Below, one piece after another: positions 52,411 to 64,000 of a stretch of 64,000 bases of DNA (the stretch's first letter is position 1; each line of letters begins with the position of its first letter). The notes under the pieces are model-generated. The model saw only the letters and a program-made list of their open reading frames with translations, did no database searches and had not been told where the DNA came from. The stretch comes from Camelus dromedarius (Eukaryota): positions 32,304,001-32,368,000 of the forward strand of contig NC_087437.1 of NCBI RefSeq assembly GCF_036321535.1, read 5' to 3'. The translations under genes and the position numbers were made by a program.

Positions 52411-54229
52411 CCCCTGTCCAAAATGACTCACAACATATTCTTAAATATGTTCAGAACTTGTGTTAGAGGGAATGATGTAGGCAAGAAGGGCCTCATGGCA
52501 AAAACCTCAGATGGGCTGGTGGTCGGGGGAGGCAAGGAAGAGTGCACATGGTGTTTGTCACTGGCTTTTGTTCCCAGTCCAGTTCCCTAGGGAAGAGCTC
52601 TTGGGGGCTACAGAGTAATGATTGAAATAACTGTTTTCCATAAAACCAGCAGAAAGCAGCAGGCACAAAGAAGTATTGCTTTGGAGCCCTGCTAGCAGGG
52701 TGTAACACAGGAGGGCACAGAGACTGTCTGCTTTGTGCTCTGGCCATGGAGTGAGCTGCAGAGTGCCATGGAGCATCCAGAATGCTGCAGAGATGTCTGG
52801 CAGTGACTTGGACCATGGTGACCAGCGTTTGTGGGGGCATAGGTGGCAGAGCCCAGAAGAAATAGTCATTTGCATGTCAATATAGCAGGAGGCTTTACAA
52901 GAGACACTAATACACAGTGACCTGAGGTCCTGAAGCAGCAGCAATGCCCATCAGACCCCCTGTGCTACTGGTCTGATTATTTATGAACAGAGCTGAGCCT
53001 TCCTGGAAATCATCAAATGGAACAGAACTTTGCTGACGGCTGGTGGTCCTCCAAAAACAGGTGACACATAAGGTTGCCATTCCTTATATATATGACCCTC
53101 CTTTACCAGTAGACTGGGGTGGTCTGGGGTCTAAAAATTTATCTTATAGTACCCAGGACTGTATAATGATAGGCACAAAAGAAAAGGGAGAATTCACTGG
53201 CAGTATCGGGATAAGTCAAAATTTTCCTGGGAACCTTGTGTCTGGGACTTCTAAAAAATTTCTATGTGGTATCTAAACCAGATTTAAGCCTGAGGCAAGG
53301 GAGCTGTGAGGCAGATACTCTAAATTGCTTTGTTACCAACTGTTAGCAGAGAATTTTTCATTGACTGTGCTGTCACTGATGTGGTATCAGCCCAAGAGAA
53401 ACTCATATTAGCAAATAAAAGACATAACATTCTAACTTAGAACCTACATCCTGGAGAATTCAGATGTTTAACATCAAAAGAGGATGTGTTCTTATTTTTG
53501 TCTGAGAGCAGTTTCCAATAAAAGAGGGTTAAAACATGTTCCTAAGAAGAGTACCCTCAAAGTTCCCTCTAGCTTTACAATCTCCGTACAAAAGAGCACA
53601 CGGAGGGAGGGGGTCTTGCCTGCCCATGCCCAGGATGGGCGCTGTGGATGCCTCTTTCTGAGTTGCGTGTTCAGGTCATTCTGCTACAAGGCACCAAGAG
53701 GCCAAAGCTTATCTCCTTCAAAGTGTTTTCTCAGTTGATACTGCCAGTGTTGCTGATGGTTTTTCCTCTGGTCCACCATGTACAAATTGACTTCTTTGTT
53801 AGAAGCTTCTCTAGATTCATTCCTGGAGATCTCCTGCCCTTTCTGTTCGGTTTGCCTTATGTGTTAACTAAAAGACCCACCATTTACTTTGATGAGATTT
53901 AAGTGTGCCTCTCATGGAGGAAAGGAAAGCCTCTTATTTGACAAAATGAATAGGAAAGAGTACAGATTGGCTGCATATAATCAGAGCTCACACAAACCCC
54001 AAGCAAAATGAAGTTGAAAATATCCTCTTTTCAACTGATTCAAAGTCAAATTCAGTTACAGGTTTAGGGAAGCTGCAAATCCCAAACCACGAACCAAGGT
54101 CCTTCCCCATGAGCTTTTCCACCAGCTTGAACCTTAGAGTTTATTTTCTTTTTGTTAGGATGTAGGCCAGTGGTTCCTTTAATTTAATTTCACAGTCCTT
54201 TACTGAAGCAGGACTAGGCAAGGAAAAAT

Positions 54230-54460
54230 TAGAATGTGGAGACAAAGGACTTGAACTCATGTCTAGAGACTTCGAGTTCCTGGCTGTGTGCCTGAAAGTA
54301 AATTGCTTAATCTTTCTGAACCTCAGGTTCTGCTCCTGCAAATTAGAGAAATCACTACCTGTCTACCTGTTTTACTGCCCTCACAAGACCGCTGGGAGGC
54401 ACAAAGGAAGAAAGGGTATGTAGCTGCTATGTATTATAGAATGCCATGTAACTGTTGTTG
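54230..54460 (+). mobile_element. MIR SINE followed by (TGT)/(TAT) repeats
   Basis: GCTGTGTG...CTTAATCTTTCTGAACCTCAG.TT..CTC.TGCAAA. Confidence 0.7.
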
Positions 54461-56694
54461 TTGTTGTTGTTACTGTTACTATTATTATTGGCTAGATTCT
54501 GTGCCCCTGAATGAACTTACAATCTAAGAGGAAAGTCAGAGGTGTATACAACTGACTATAAAATACAGCTGAATGTGATCCCTGCCAAGTGAGCCCAAAG
54601 GACCAGAGGCTAGGGGATGTGGGAAGGTCATGAAAAACAGGGTATTGAGGTCAATTCTGAGTGTTGGGTGGCATTCCTGAAGGATGGGGAGATAAGCACC
54701 TTGGCAGAAGGAGCAGCATGACTAGAGGTGTCCAGACTTGTGCTTGAGGGAGACATGCAGGGTGCCAGGCATGGAGGGGCAAGCCACCAGGAGATGGCCT
54801 AGAGCTCTAGGACTGGAGAAGCCTGGGAAATATGAGATATTTTGACTGACTACGAGTACGTGCCACAGGTCCTGATGTCCCAGCACAGAGCTTGAGTTTG
54901 AACTGGGAGGAAAGTTACTTAAAAACTTCCCTACATTCAGATTCCCTCCCATAAAGCTAATCCTTAGTTATGTTGTCTTTTTTCCTGTTAATTAGAGAGA
55001 ATGAGTCTTCTCAACTAATATCCCTCTGGATTTTTGTGATTTCTTCACATCTCTCACCAGATTCAAGCTGAGGAAAGTTTACACTTTAGGGAAAGCCCAA
55101 GGTGAACGGTAAATATTCCAGAAGTCACAGTCTATTTATTACCTTCTGTGCAGCTTCTAAACAATGCATGCTAGTTAATTTCCCTGGCCCACACGTGCTC
55201 TTTGGTACTGAGTATCCCTGTGGCCAAATGAGGCTTTGCTGCTGCTTGTAGCTGAGCAGTGAACTGCACTGTGCTCTGTGGTAAGCTGTATTCTTCTTGC
55301 ACTCGGATCACATTTCCATACACATCTGCATGCAGAACTGTACCCCTACACACACACACACACACAGCTCTTACTCTGGGCCCACTTCCTATGCTGGGTC
55401 GCATTCGTTGCCCCTCTCTGTAGTGTCATCATGGGGAAATTTACTGTTAAATGTTAACTTATCCAAGGTGATTAGTACAAAATCTGAAGAAAGGTGTTAC
55501 TTGTGTACATTTTAGAGACATTTTACTCCTTTCGGAATTGTTTCCTTTCTCCAATACCCATTATTTACTCTCCCTCAAATATTTTGATTTGATTTTCTAT
55601 TTCTCCTATAGACAGCACTTTAATGTTTAAATGTAAATAAACCTGTTACAAACTCTAGGGTCAACTATTTTCTCCTTAACTTGTTAAAAGATGCCCCATG
55701 TGTTCTTCTAATAATTGTATGCTGACTTAAACTAAACATATTTTTTTAAGTTCTCAATTATTTTCTTAAGCAGTGTTTAAAGTCTTAAGCACAACTTTTA
55801 TTAAGTAATGAGAACTTTAGCTTAGATAATCTGTAACTTATATAGCAAAACTATAACTTTTCCAGGCTTTGTTTGCTTCATGTGTTAAAAATGTGGTAAA
55901 TAGGGACCTAAAAAAAAGCAACGGTTATTTTTAGGTTTATGGATCAATTCAAGTAAAACACTGTAAGAATTATTAAGTGTAAGAATTTTTAAATCATAGT
56001 TTAAATTTTATAAGCTTTAATATTTAGGATATTCTTTTCAGAAAAAAATTCTTTCATAGCCTATAATTTTTACTTCCATGAATATGTCATTTCCATAGAT
56101 ACAGATACACATAGTAAATTGAACAAAAAATTACAATATCACATAAAAAACTCTCAAGTGTTTGAAATAATATGTTCAACATTTTATTTTCACCAGCACA
56201 TATGATGAATTTACTATAGAGTTCAGATATCCAATGCCCTCCATGACTTCATCCCCTAAAATGAGTCTATTCAATGAGAAAAAAGGTCCAACATCAAAAT
56301 AGCTATCTGGCATTAAACAAAAGATTTTTTATCAGCCTTTCAATTGACAGTATCAATTAACATCAAATATCTGACATCCTTGCCACTTAAAATGAAGACA
56401 AAATAATTACATTGCTTAGTGAAACACTCTCTGTAGCTTGACTGACAGGATCCATCTAAAATATTTTAATTGCTATCTAAGATGGGAAGTCTCAGCATGT
56501 GAGCCCTTCTGTTTCCATGGTACGTACATAGGGTGCATAATAGTTAAGAGAGAAATGCTGCAAATAATGACACTTAGCTTAACACATCTAGGACAAAGAG
56601 TAAAGAAAGAAACCCAAGAACGAAGCATTCTGGCTGAAACTACTTCCTGCCAAACAACATGAGAAGCATGTTTGCAAAAGAAATGCTTAACGTC

Positions 56695-57390
56695 TCTAGA
56701 TTAGAAGCTCCATGAGGGCAATAACTGACTCTATCTTACTCATTATTGTGTTTCCTAGAAAAGTGCCTGACACATGGTTGGTGATCAGTAAACTCTTGCT
56801 GAATGAGTTGAGTGAATGAAAAAAGAATTAGGTGATTGAAGTAACAGTATTGCTGAGACATATTCAAAGAAAACATATACTTATTCATTCAACATTATCT
56901 ATTGAGCTCCTATTATACGCCATGTCCTGCTATGCACTGGTGATAGAAAAGCTCACAGTCTAAAGTAAGAGACAGAGACACAAACAATCAAATGCAATGT
57001 GAAAAGTACCGTGATTGGGGTTTGCAAAATACTCAATGAGAATATAGATGAGAAAAGTATTAATTCTGCATTGGGAGAGAGGTCAAGGAATGTTTCCCAG
57101 AAAAGGTGACATTTGACTTGGAGTAGAAGGATGAGCAATTAGGTAATTAGGAGGACCCTGAGAAGAATGTTTTTGTGGGGAAAGGCATAGACCCCAAAAT
57201 ATGAGAAAGCACTGAGAATTGTAATATTGCTTGACAAGGGCATGTATGAGGTGGAGAGTGGACCCAGAAACACAGGCATGAACCAGTGTATAAAGGATAT
57301 CATAGGCATGCTACTCCATGTATGCCAGACCTGTCAGCAGTGGGGAGCCTTCAGAGGTTCTTAGGCAAGAAAGATAATGTGTGAATGATT
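56695..57390. mobile_element. Two adjacent L2 fragments in opposite orientation (+ about 56695-56820; - about 56880-57390)
   Basis: CTAGATTAGAAGCTCCATGAGGGCA...GTGCCTGACACAT...TGAATGA, and ATTCATTCAACA...ATTGAGC.CCTA.TAT. Confidence 0.7.
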
Positions 57391-57399
57391 TTTTTAAAC

Positions 57400-59365
57400 C
57401 GTACTTTCCAGTGTTGGAAGACTGACTCATAGCAGATCAATCCTTTTGTCAAGAACAACTAGAAAAGATAGACTTAATTTAAACATTTAAAAAGGTTTAT
57501 TTTGAACACACTGGAGAGCTACCAAATCACCCAGGACTTGAAGAACGAAGGTGTCAGAAAAAAGGGAAACCGTTAGAGTGAACATGATATTTTACACTTC
57601 TTTTTCCCTCAAGGTACTTCCAGTTCATAAATATCTTAGGTGGAGAGGAAAAAGAAAAAGACAAAAAAGACAAAGAAGCTAAGCAAAGTTTTCAGGAATC
57701 TTACAGGGTTGGAGAGACAAAAATTGGAGTTCAGGGATACCAAGGCAGGCAAGACTTGAGGAGTAAAGATTCTGGAGAGAAGGAATGGCAGAAAAGTAAA
57801 AACAAGAGTCTAAAATCCTTTCTTACCAAGATTATTTGATGATTTGTAAGCTGTGTAGTTAGATAATTTTTAAAGCTTAGCAGAATCATAGTCCTAAATG
57901 TAAAACACAAAACTATAAAACTTTTGAAGATAACAGAGGGAAAAATCTACCTGATCTTGGGTTCAGGGATAATTTTTTTAGATATAATACCAAAAGCATG
58001 AGTTATGAAGTAAAAAATTGTTAAGTTGGACTTCATTAAAATTAAAAACTATTCTGTGAAAGATACTACTAAGAGAATGAAAAGCAGAGACTGGGAGAAG
58101 ATATTTGCAAAACACACATTTGATAAAGGACTGATATCCCAAATATACAAACAACCCTTAAAACTCTACAATACGAAAACAAACTACACAAACTATAAAA
58201 TAAGAAATTTACCTGAAGAGAGATATAGAGATGGCAAATAAGCATATGAAAAGATGCTCAATAGTCATATGATGTACACAAATGTTTATAGTAGTTTATT
58301 GATAACTGCCAAAACTTGGAAGCCATTCTTTAATAGTGAATGGATAAACAAACTGTGTAACTATTCTGTATGATACTATAATGGTGGCTATATGGCATTA
58401 TACATTTGTTAAAACCCACAGAATATACAACATAAAGAACCTAATGTAAGCTATGGATATTAGTTAATAGTAATGTGTCAACATTACCTCATCAATTGTA
58501 ATAAATGTACCATACTAATGCAAGACGTTAATAACAGGGGATGCTGTATATGTGTGTGAGAGTGGGTGTATATATAGGAACTCTATACTTGCCACTCAAT
58601 TTTTCTATAAACCTAAGACTGAAATATAAATTCTGTTAGCTAAAAAAAAAAAAGCTAAACAAAGTATCAACTAAGAGGCTGATTATCAATTGTCTTATGG
58701 TGCTGGGAATATAAACATTGGGACTGAAGGTCTGCCGTGTAGAGATGGCCTGGCAAAAAGCAGGCTTTTGCCTGGGATGCTACATTGATTAAAGTGTAAG
58801 AGTAAGGTTGAATCAGAAATAGGTCAGGACTTATAAAGACTGAAACTCAAGCCTTACATCAGGTCAATCATTTAATGGGTTTAAGTTGCATGCTCCAGAT
58901 GCCTGCTAGAAGCTAAAGAAAATTCTCTGGAGAAAGATAACTTCAACCATAGCTTCTACAATGCATCATACCCAATGCCTGTGATTCAATCAAAATTGTC
59001 TGGTATAGCAAGAATAAAAACAAAGGGCAAAAATAGAAAATGAAAATAAAGCCATAGGTAATCTGAAATTCAAAATAACTGTGAAAAGATATAACAAGAA
59101 TTTTATCAGAGATATGGATCTACCTTTAAAAGAATCAAACAGGCATTTCAGAACTTAAAACATAGATGAGGAGAAAATTAGAGACCTGAAATATAAATTA
59201 GCAAAATGTATGCAGCTTGAAGCAGTTTGAAGGCTAGAACATATAGAAAAGAGGAGGAGTCATAAGACTCAATGAATATATCTAATACACATGTAATTAC
59301 AGTCCAAGAAAAATAGGACAGAGAATATTTTTTAAAGCAATGTTTGAAAAGATAATGGCTGAAGG
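57400..59365 (+). mobile_element. Ancient L1 pieces: L1MC-like 3' end (about 57890-58652) within an older 5'UTR/ORF1 remnant
   Basis: TGTATGATACTATAATGGTGG...CATTATACATTTGT is an L1MC-type 3'UTR. TTTGAAAAGATAATGGCTGAA is an ORF1 FE.IMAE remnant. Confidence 0.7.
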
Positions 59366-61130
59366 AAAGTCATTCCATGCTCATGAATTGAAAGAATTAA
59401 TATTGTTAAAATGTCCATACTATCTATAGCAATGTATAGATGCAGTGAAATCCCTATCAAAATACCAATGGCATCTGTCACAGAACTAGAACAAATACTC
59501 CTAAAATTAGTATAGAACCACAAAAGACACTGAATAGATACAGCTATCTTGAGAAAGAGGAACAATGCTGGAAGTATTGGACTTTTATAATAATCAAAGC
59601 TATAATAATCAAAACAATATGGTATTGGCAAGAAAATAAACACATAGATCAATGGAACAAAATAGAGAGCTCAGAAATAAACCCACACATATACGGTCAG
59701 TTAGGCTATGGCAAATGGCAAAGGCAGCAAGGGTATACAATGGGTAAAAGACAGCTTCTTCAATAAATGGTGTTGGGAAAACTGCACAGCTACACGCAGA
59801 AGACTGAAATTGACCACTTTGTTACACCATATACAAAAATAAACAGAAAATTGGCTAAAGACTTAAATGTAAGACCCCAAACCATGAAACTCCTAAAAGA
59901 AATAAGTAGTAAACTTCTGACATCAGTCTTAGTAACATTTTGGGGGATCTGTCTCCTTGACAAGAGCAACAAAAGCAAAAATGAACAAGTGGAACTACAT
60001 CAAACTAAAAAAAAAAATCTGCACAGCAAAGGAAACAACAAAATGAAAAGGCAACCTACTCAATGAAAAGAGGCATTTACAAATGATATTTCTCATAAGG
60101 TGTTAGTATCCAAAACATATAAAAGACTTACATAACTCTATATCAAAAAACTCCCAATCAATCTAATTTAAAAATGGGTAGAAGTCCTAAATAGACATAT
60201 TTTCCAAAGAAGACATACAAATAGCCCACAGCTACATGAAAAGATGCTCAACACCATTAAACATCAGGGAAATGCAAATCAAAACCACAATGAGATATCA
60301 CTTCACACCTGTCAGAATGGCAATAATCAAAAAGACAACAAGTAACAAGTGTTGATGAGGATGTGGGAAAAAAGGAACCCTCATACACTGTTGGTAGGAA
60401 TGTAAATTGCCGTAGCCACTACGGAGAACAATATGGAGTTTCCTCAAAAAATTAAAAACAGAACTACCACATGATTCAGCAATTTCACTTCAGGTACTTA
60501 CTCAAAGAAAACATAAACACTAATTTTAAAAGATATATACTCCCCTTCATTCATTGCAGCATTATTTGTAACAGTCAAGATATGGAAGCAACCTAAGTGT
60601 CCATCAATAGGTAAGCAGAATAAGATGTATACATATATATACATACACACACACAATGCAATATTACTTATCCACAAAAAAGGATGAAATCTTGCCATTT
60701 GCAACAACACAGATGAATCTAGAGGGTATATGTTAAGTGGAATAGGTCAGACAGAGAAAGACAAATACATTTGTATGTGGACAAATTTCATTTGTATGTG
60801 GAATCTAAAAAACAAAAAACCAAACAGAACATACCCATAGATACAGAGAACAAACTGGTGGTTGCCAGAGGGGAGGGGGATGGGGTAAATTGGGTACCAT
60901 AGGTGAAGGTGATTAGGAGGTACAACCTTTCAGTTATGAAATAAATAAGTCATAAGGATGTAATATATAGTACAAGGAATATAGTCAGTAAGACTAATAA
61001 TTTAGAATGGTGACAGATGGTTACTACACTTATCATGGTAATATTTTCATAATGTATTTAAATGTTGAATCACTATGTTGAACACTTGAAACCAACATAA
61101 TATTGTATGTCAACTATATGTCAATAAAAA
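59366..61130 (+). mobile_element. L1MA-like 3' portion
   Basis: Degraded ORF2 C-terminal sequence. The 3'UTR ends TTGTATGTCAACTATATGTCAATAAAAA. Confidence 0.9.
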
Positions 61131-62835
61131 GACCTAAATAAATAGAAGGCTATACCATATTTATGGATTAGAAGACTCATTAAGATGTCAATTTTCCCAA
61201 AATTAATCTATAAATGTGAAACAATCCTCCCTCTTCCCCAAAGCCCTGTCAGTCCTTTGTATTTTTTTCTCCTGAAGAAATTGTCAAGCAGATTCTATAA
61301 TTTACATAGAAATGCAAAGGGCCTAGAATAGTCAAAATAAACTTGTTTTAAAAAATTAGAGAATTTGTGAGATTTCAAGACACTGCCATGAAAAGGCAGT
61401 GTGGTACTGGCATAAGGATAAACATACTGATATGGAACAGAATAGAGAGTCTAGAAATAGATCCACATATGCATATGGTAAAGTGATTTTCAAGAAAAAT
61501 GCCAGAATAATTAAATTGAGATATGAAGGCTTTTCCAATCAATGGTATAGAACATTTAGATATATATGTGCAAAAATACAAATCTTGACCCTTGCTAGAC
61601 ATCATATACAAAAATTAGTTTGAAATGAATAAAACCTGAATGTGAGAGCTGAAACTATAAAACTCATGGAAGAAAGTAAGATAACATTTAATTCAAGGAT
61701 GTTCTTGAATTGAAGGTCAGAGATTTCCTAAATAAGAAACAAAAATAAACTATAAAGTAAAAATTGATAAATTGGACTTCATCAGAATTGAAATCTTTAC
61801 TCTCAAATGACACTGTTAGGAAGATGCAAAGGCAGCTCAGACTGGGAGAATATATTTGCAAAACTTACATCTGATAAAGAACTTATATTCAGAATATATT
61901 AAGAAAAAGCTCTTACAATGCAATAATAACAAGATAAACAACCCCCATTCTTAAAACAGGCAAATGACTTGAACAGATATTTTAAGCAAGAAGATATACA
62001 AATAGCAAATAAACACATGAAAAGATTCTCAGCTTCATTAGTCATCAGCGAAATGAAAGTAAAGTCACAATGAGATGCCACTACATACCAACTAGAATGG
62101 CTAAAATTTAAGACTGAAAATGGAAGGTGTTAGCAAGGATATGAAACAACTGGAGCTGTCATACACCGCTGGTAGGAGGGCGAAATTGTACAGCCATTTT
62201 GGAGAGCAGCTTGGCAGTGTCTTAGAAAGTTAAACATAGCAAGTACCATATAACTCAGCAATCACAGTCCTGTGTTTTCTACCCAAAAAGAATAAACGAA
62301 TATGTCCATTTATAAAAAAAGAAAAAAAACTTGCATGTAAATGTTCATAGCAATTTTATTTATAATAGCCAAAATCCAGAAATAACCCAAATGTCCATCA
62401 GTTGGCAAATGGTTAAACAAATTATGGTATATAAAATAATAAAAATAAATGAATCAGTGATACACATAGCACAATTTTTAAAAAATTACTGATACAAAGC
62501 AATATGAAAAGGAGCATACTACTGATACAATAACATGGATGACTCTCAAAAGCATTATGCAAAGTGAAAGAAGGCAGATATTAGACTATATTATATGAGT
62601 CCATAAACATGAAATCCTAGAAAAGGGACAGAAAGCAGATCAATGGTTGCTAGGGAGTGGGGCTGTGGGGAGAGGATTGACTGCAGAAAGTCACTAGGGA
62701 AATGGAAATGCTTTATATTGTGGCCATGGTGGTTACACAAATGCATATATCTATCAAATCTCATTAAATTATACACTTAAAATTGGTAATTTTATTGTAT
62801 GTAAATATACCTCATAAACATTTTTGAAAAAAATA
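61131..62835 (+). mobile_element. L1MB-like 3' portion
   Basis: Degraded ORF2. The 3' end reads TACACTTAAAAT...TTTATTGTATGTAAATATACCTCATAAA. Confidence 0.85.
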
Positions 62836-62908
62836 AAGTGAAATAAAATTTAAAACAATGAGACAAAAACTGAGCTTATTTGTCACTACTTGGTCCCAAG
62901 TTAAAAGA

Positions 62909-62932
62909 ATATATATATATATATATATATAT
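62909..62932. repeat. (AT)n microsatellite
   Basis: Directly visible. Confidence 0.95.
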
Positions 62933-63099
62933 GAAGTTCTTTAGACAAAAGGAGAGTTTTTCACAAGAAAAAGAATATAATACCATATTGGAAACACAAA
63001 AGATCAGATAGATTAATGGAGTTAAAGAGTTCTAAGGTCCTTTCATTCTTCAGGAAATGTAAAAAATATAATTTGTATTCAAGTTTATAAGTTGAGGAT

Positions 63100-63940
63100 A
63101 CACATAATTTTAAGATAAACTCCAACAAATCTTTAAGAAATAAAAACACAGACAACTGAGCAAAACATCTGAAATAAGCACATCTAAAAAGATATCCAAA
63201 TGGCCAACAAGTATATGAAAAAGTGTTCACCCTGTGAGTCATCAGAGAAATACAAATTAAAAACACAAGGAACAACAACTACATATTTACCCACCAAAAT
63301 GGCTAAAATGTAGAAAAAAGATCAAGGGTTGGCAAAGCTATGAAGTAAATGAAACTTTTCTACCGTGCTGGCTGGAGTATAAACCAGGGCAACAATTCTG
63401 GAAAAGTGGTTGGCAACAGGGACTAAAGTTAAACACATGCATAGCTTATGAACCAACAAGTCCACTCTAAAATACACATTCAATAGAAATGTGAACATAA
63501 AAGTCATGTTCAAGAATACTATAGAAAAAAGAGCTTCAGTCATAATAGACAAAAACCAGAATGAACTAAATGCCTATTGATGGAAGAAAGGATAAGTAAA
63601 TTGTGGTATACCCACAAAATGGAATACTATACAGTGATGAAAATGAATGTTCTGCTACAAACATCAACATGAATGAATCTCACAAAAGTAATGCTGAGTG
63701 AAAAACACCAGACATAATGGAGTACATACTGTATGATTTCATATGTATAAAGTTCAACAACAGGCACCAATCTAAGGTGTTAGAAGTTGGAATACTAGTT
63801 ATATTTGAGGAGGCATGAGTGGATTATAACATGGAAGAGGCACAAACAGAGGTATCTGGGGGTTGGTAATTCTATGTTGCTTATTCTGGATTGTGATTAC
63901 CTGAGTATATTCACTTTGTGATAATTAACATAATAAACAA
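63100..63940 (+). mobile_element. Ancient L1 (L1ME-like) 3' portion
   Basis: ATGGAATACTATACAG, ATGAATCTCACAAA..TAATGCTGAGTGAAA and AGTATATTCACTTTGTGA.AATT. Confidence 0.8.
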
Positions 63941-64000
63941 TATTGGTGTCTGACACAGATCCTCTTTACTCAGTATATCCTTCCTTAGCTCCTGTAAGTG

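Noticed and set aside
53670..53845. Minus-strand frame QTEQKGQEISRNES...LWPLGAL*
   Set aside because: The acceptor is weak, the peptide is not recognisable, and the length is expected by chance.
55171..55404. 77-aa minus-strand ORF spanning a (TG)n tract
   Set aside because: It has no recognisable homology, and the acceptor-like AG comes from the microsatellite edge.

Overview
AT-rich placental-mammal intergenic or intronic DNA, probably from a camelid. That host call is an inference from a Vic-1/tRNA-Ala-like SINE head and the absence of recognisable Alu, BovB/Bov-tA, PRE-1 or CanSINE elements. I could not confidently recognise any host protein-coding gene. The dominant feature is a young, full-length 7.1 kb LINE-1 (20890-27999, +). 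It has a perfect 16-bp target-site duplication (TSD), a 1.68 kb CpG-rich 5'UTR, an ORF1 frameshifted near its end, a 404-bp inter-ORF spacer carrying its own small ORF, and an ORF2 interrupted by one AGA>TGA stop. A 5'-truncated sister L1 lies inverted about 6 kb downstream (34233-36532, -), with its own TSD and a short candidate 3' transduction. The rest is ancient repeats (MIR, L2, MaLR/ERVL/ERV1 solo LTRs, hAT and mariner MITEs, old L1M), microsatellites, small tandem duplications and a few weak exon- or enhancer-like stretches. Repeat family names come from recall of consensus motifs, not from a database search, and boundaries of old repeats are approximate. I found no convincing novel multi-gene system. 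The best leads are the L1 inter-ORF module, a tailless tRNA/SINE 5'-fragment insertion and the 3' transduction.
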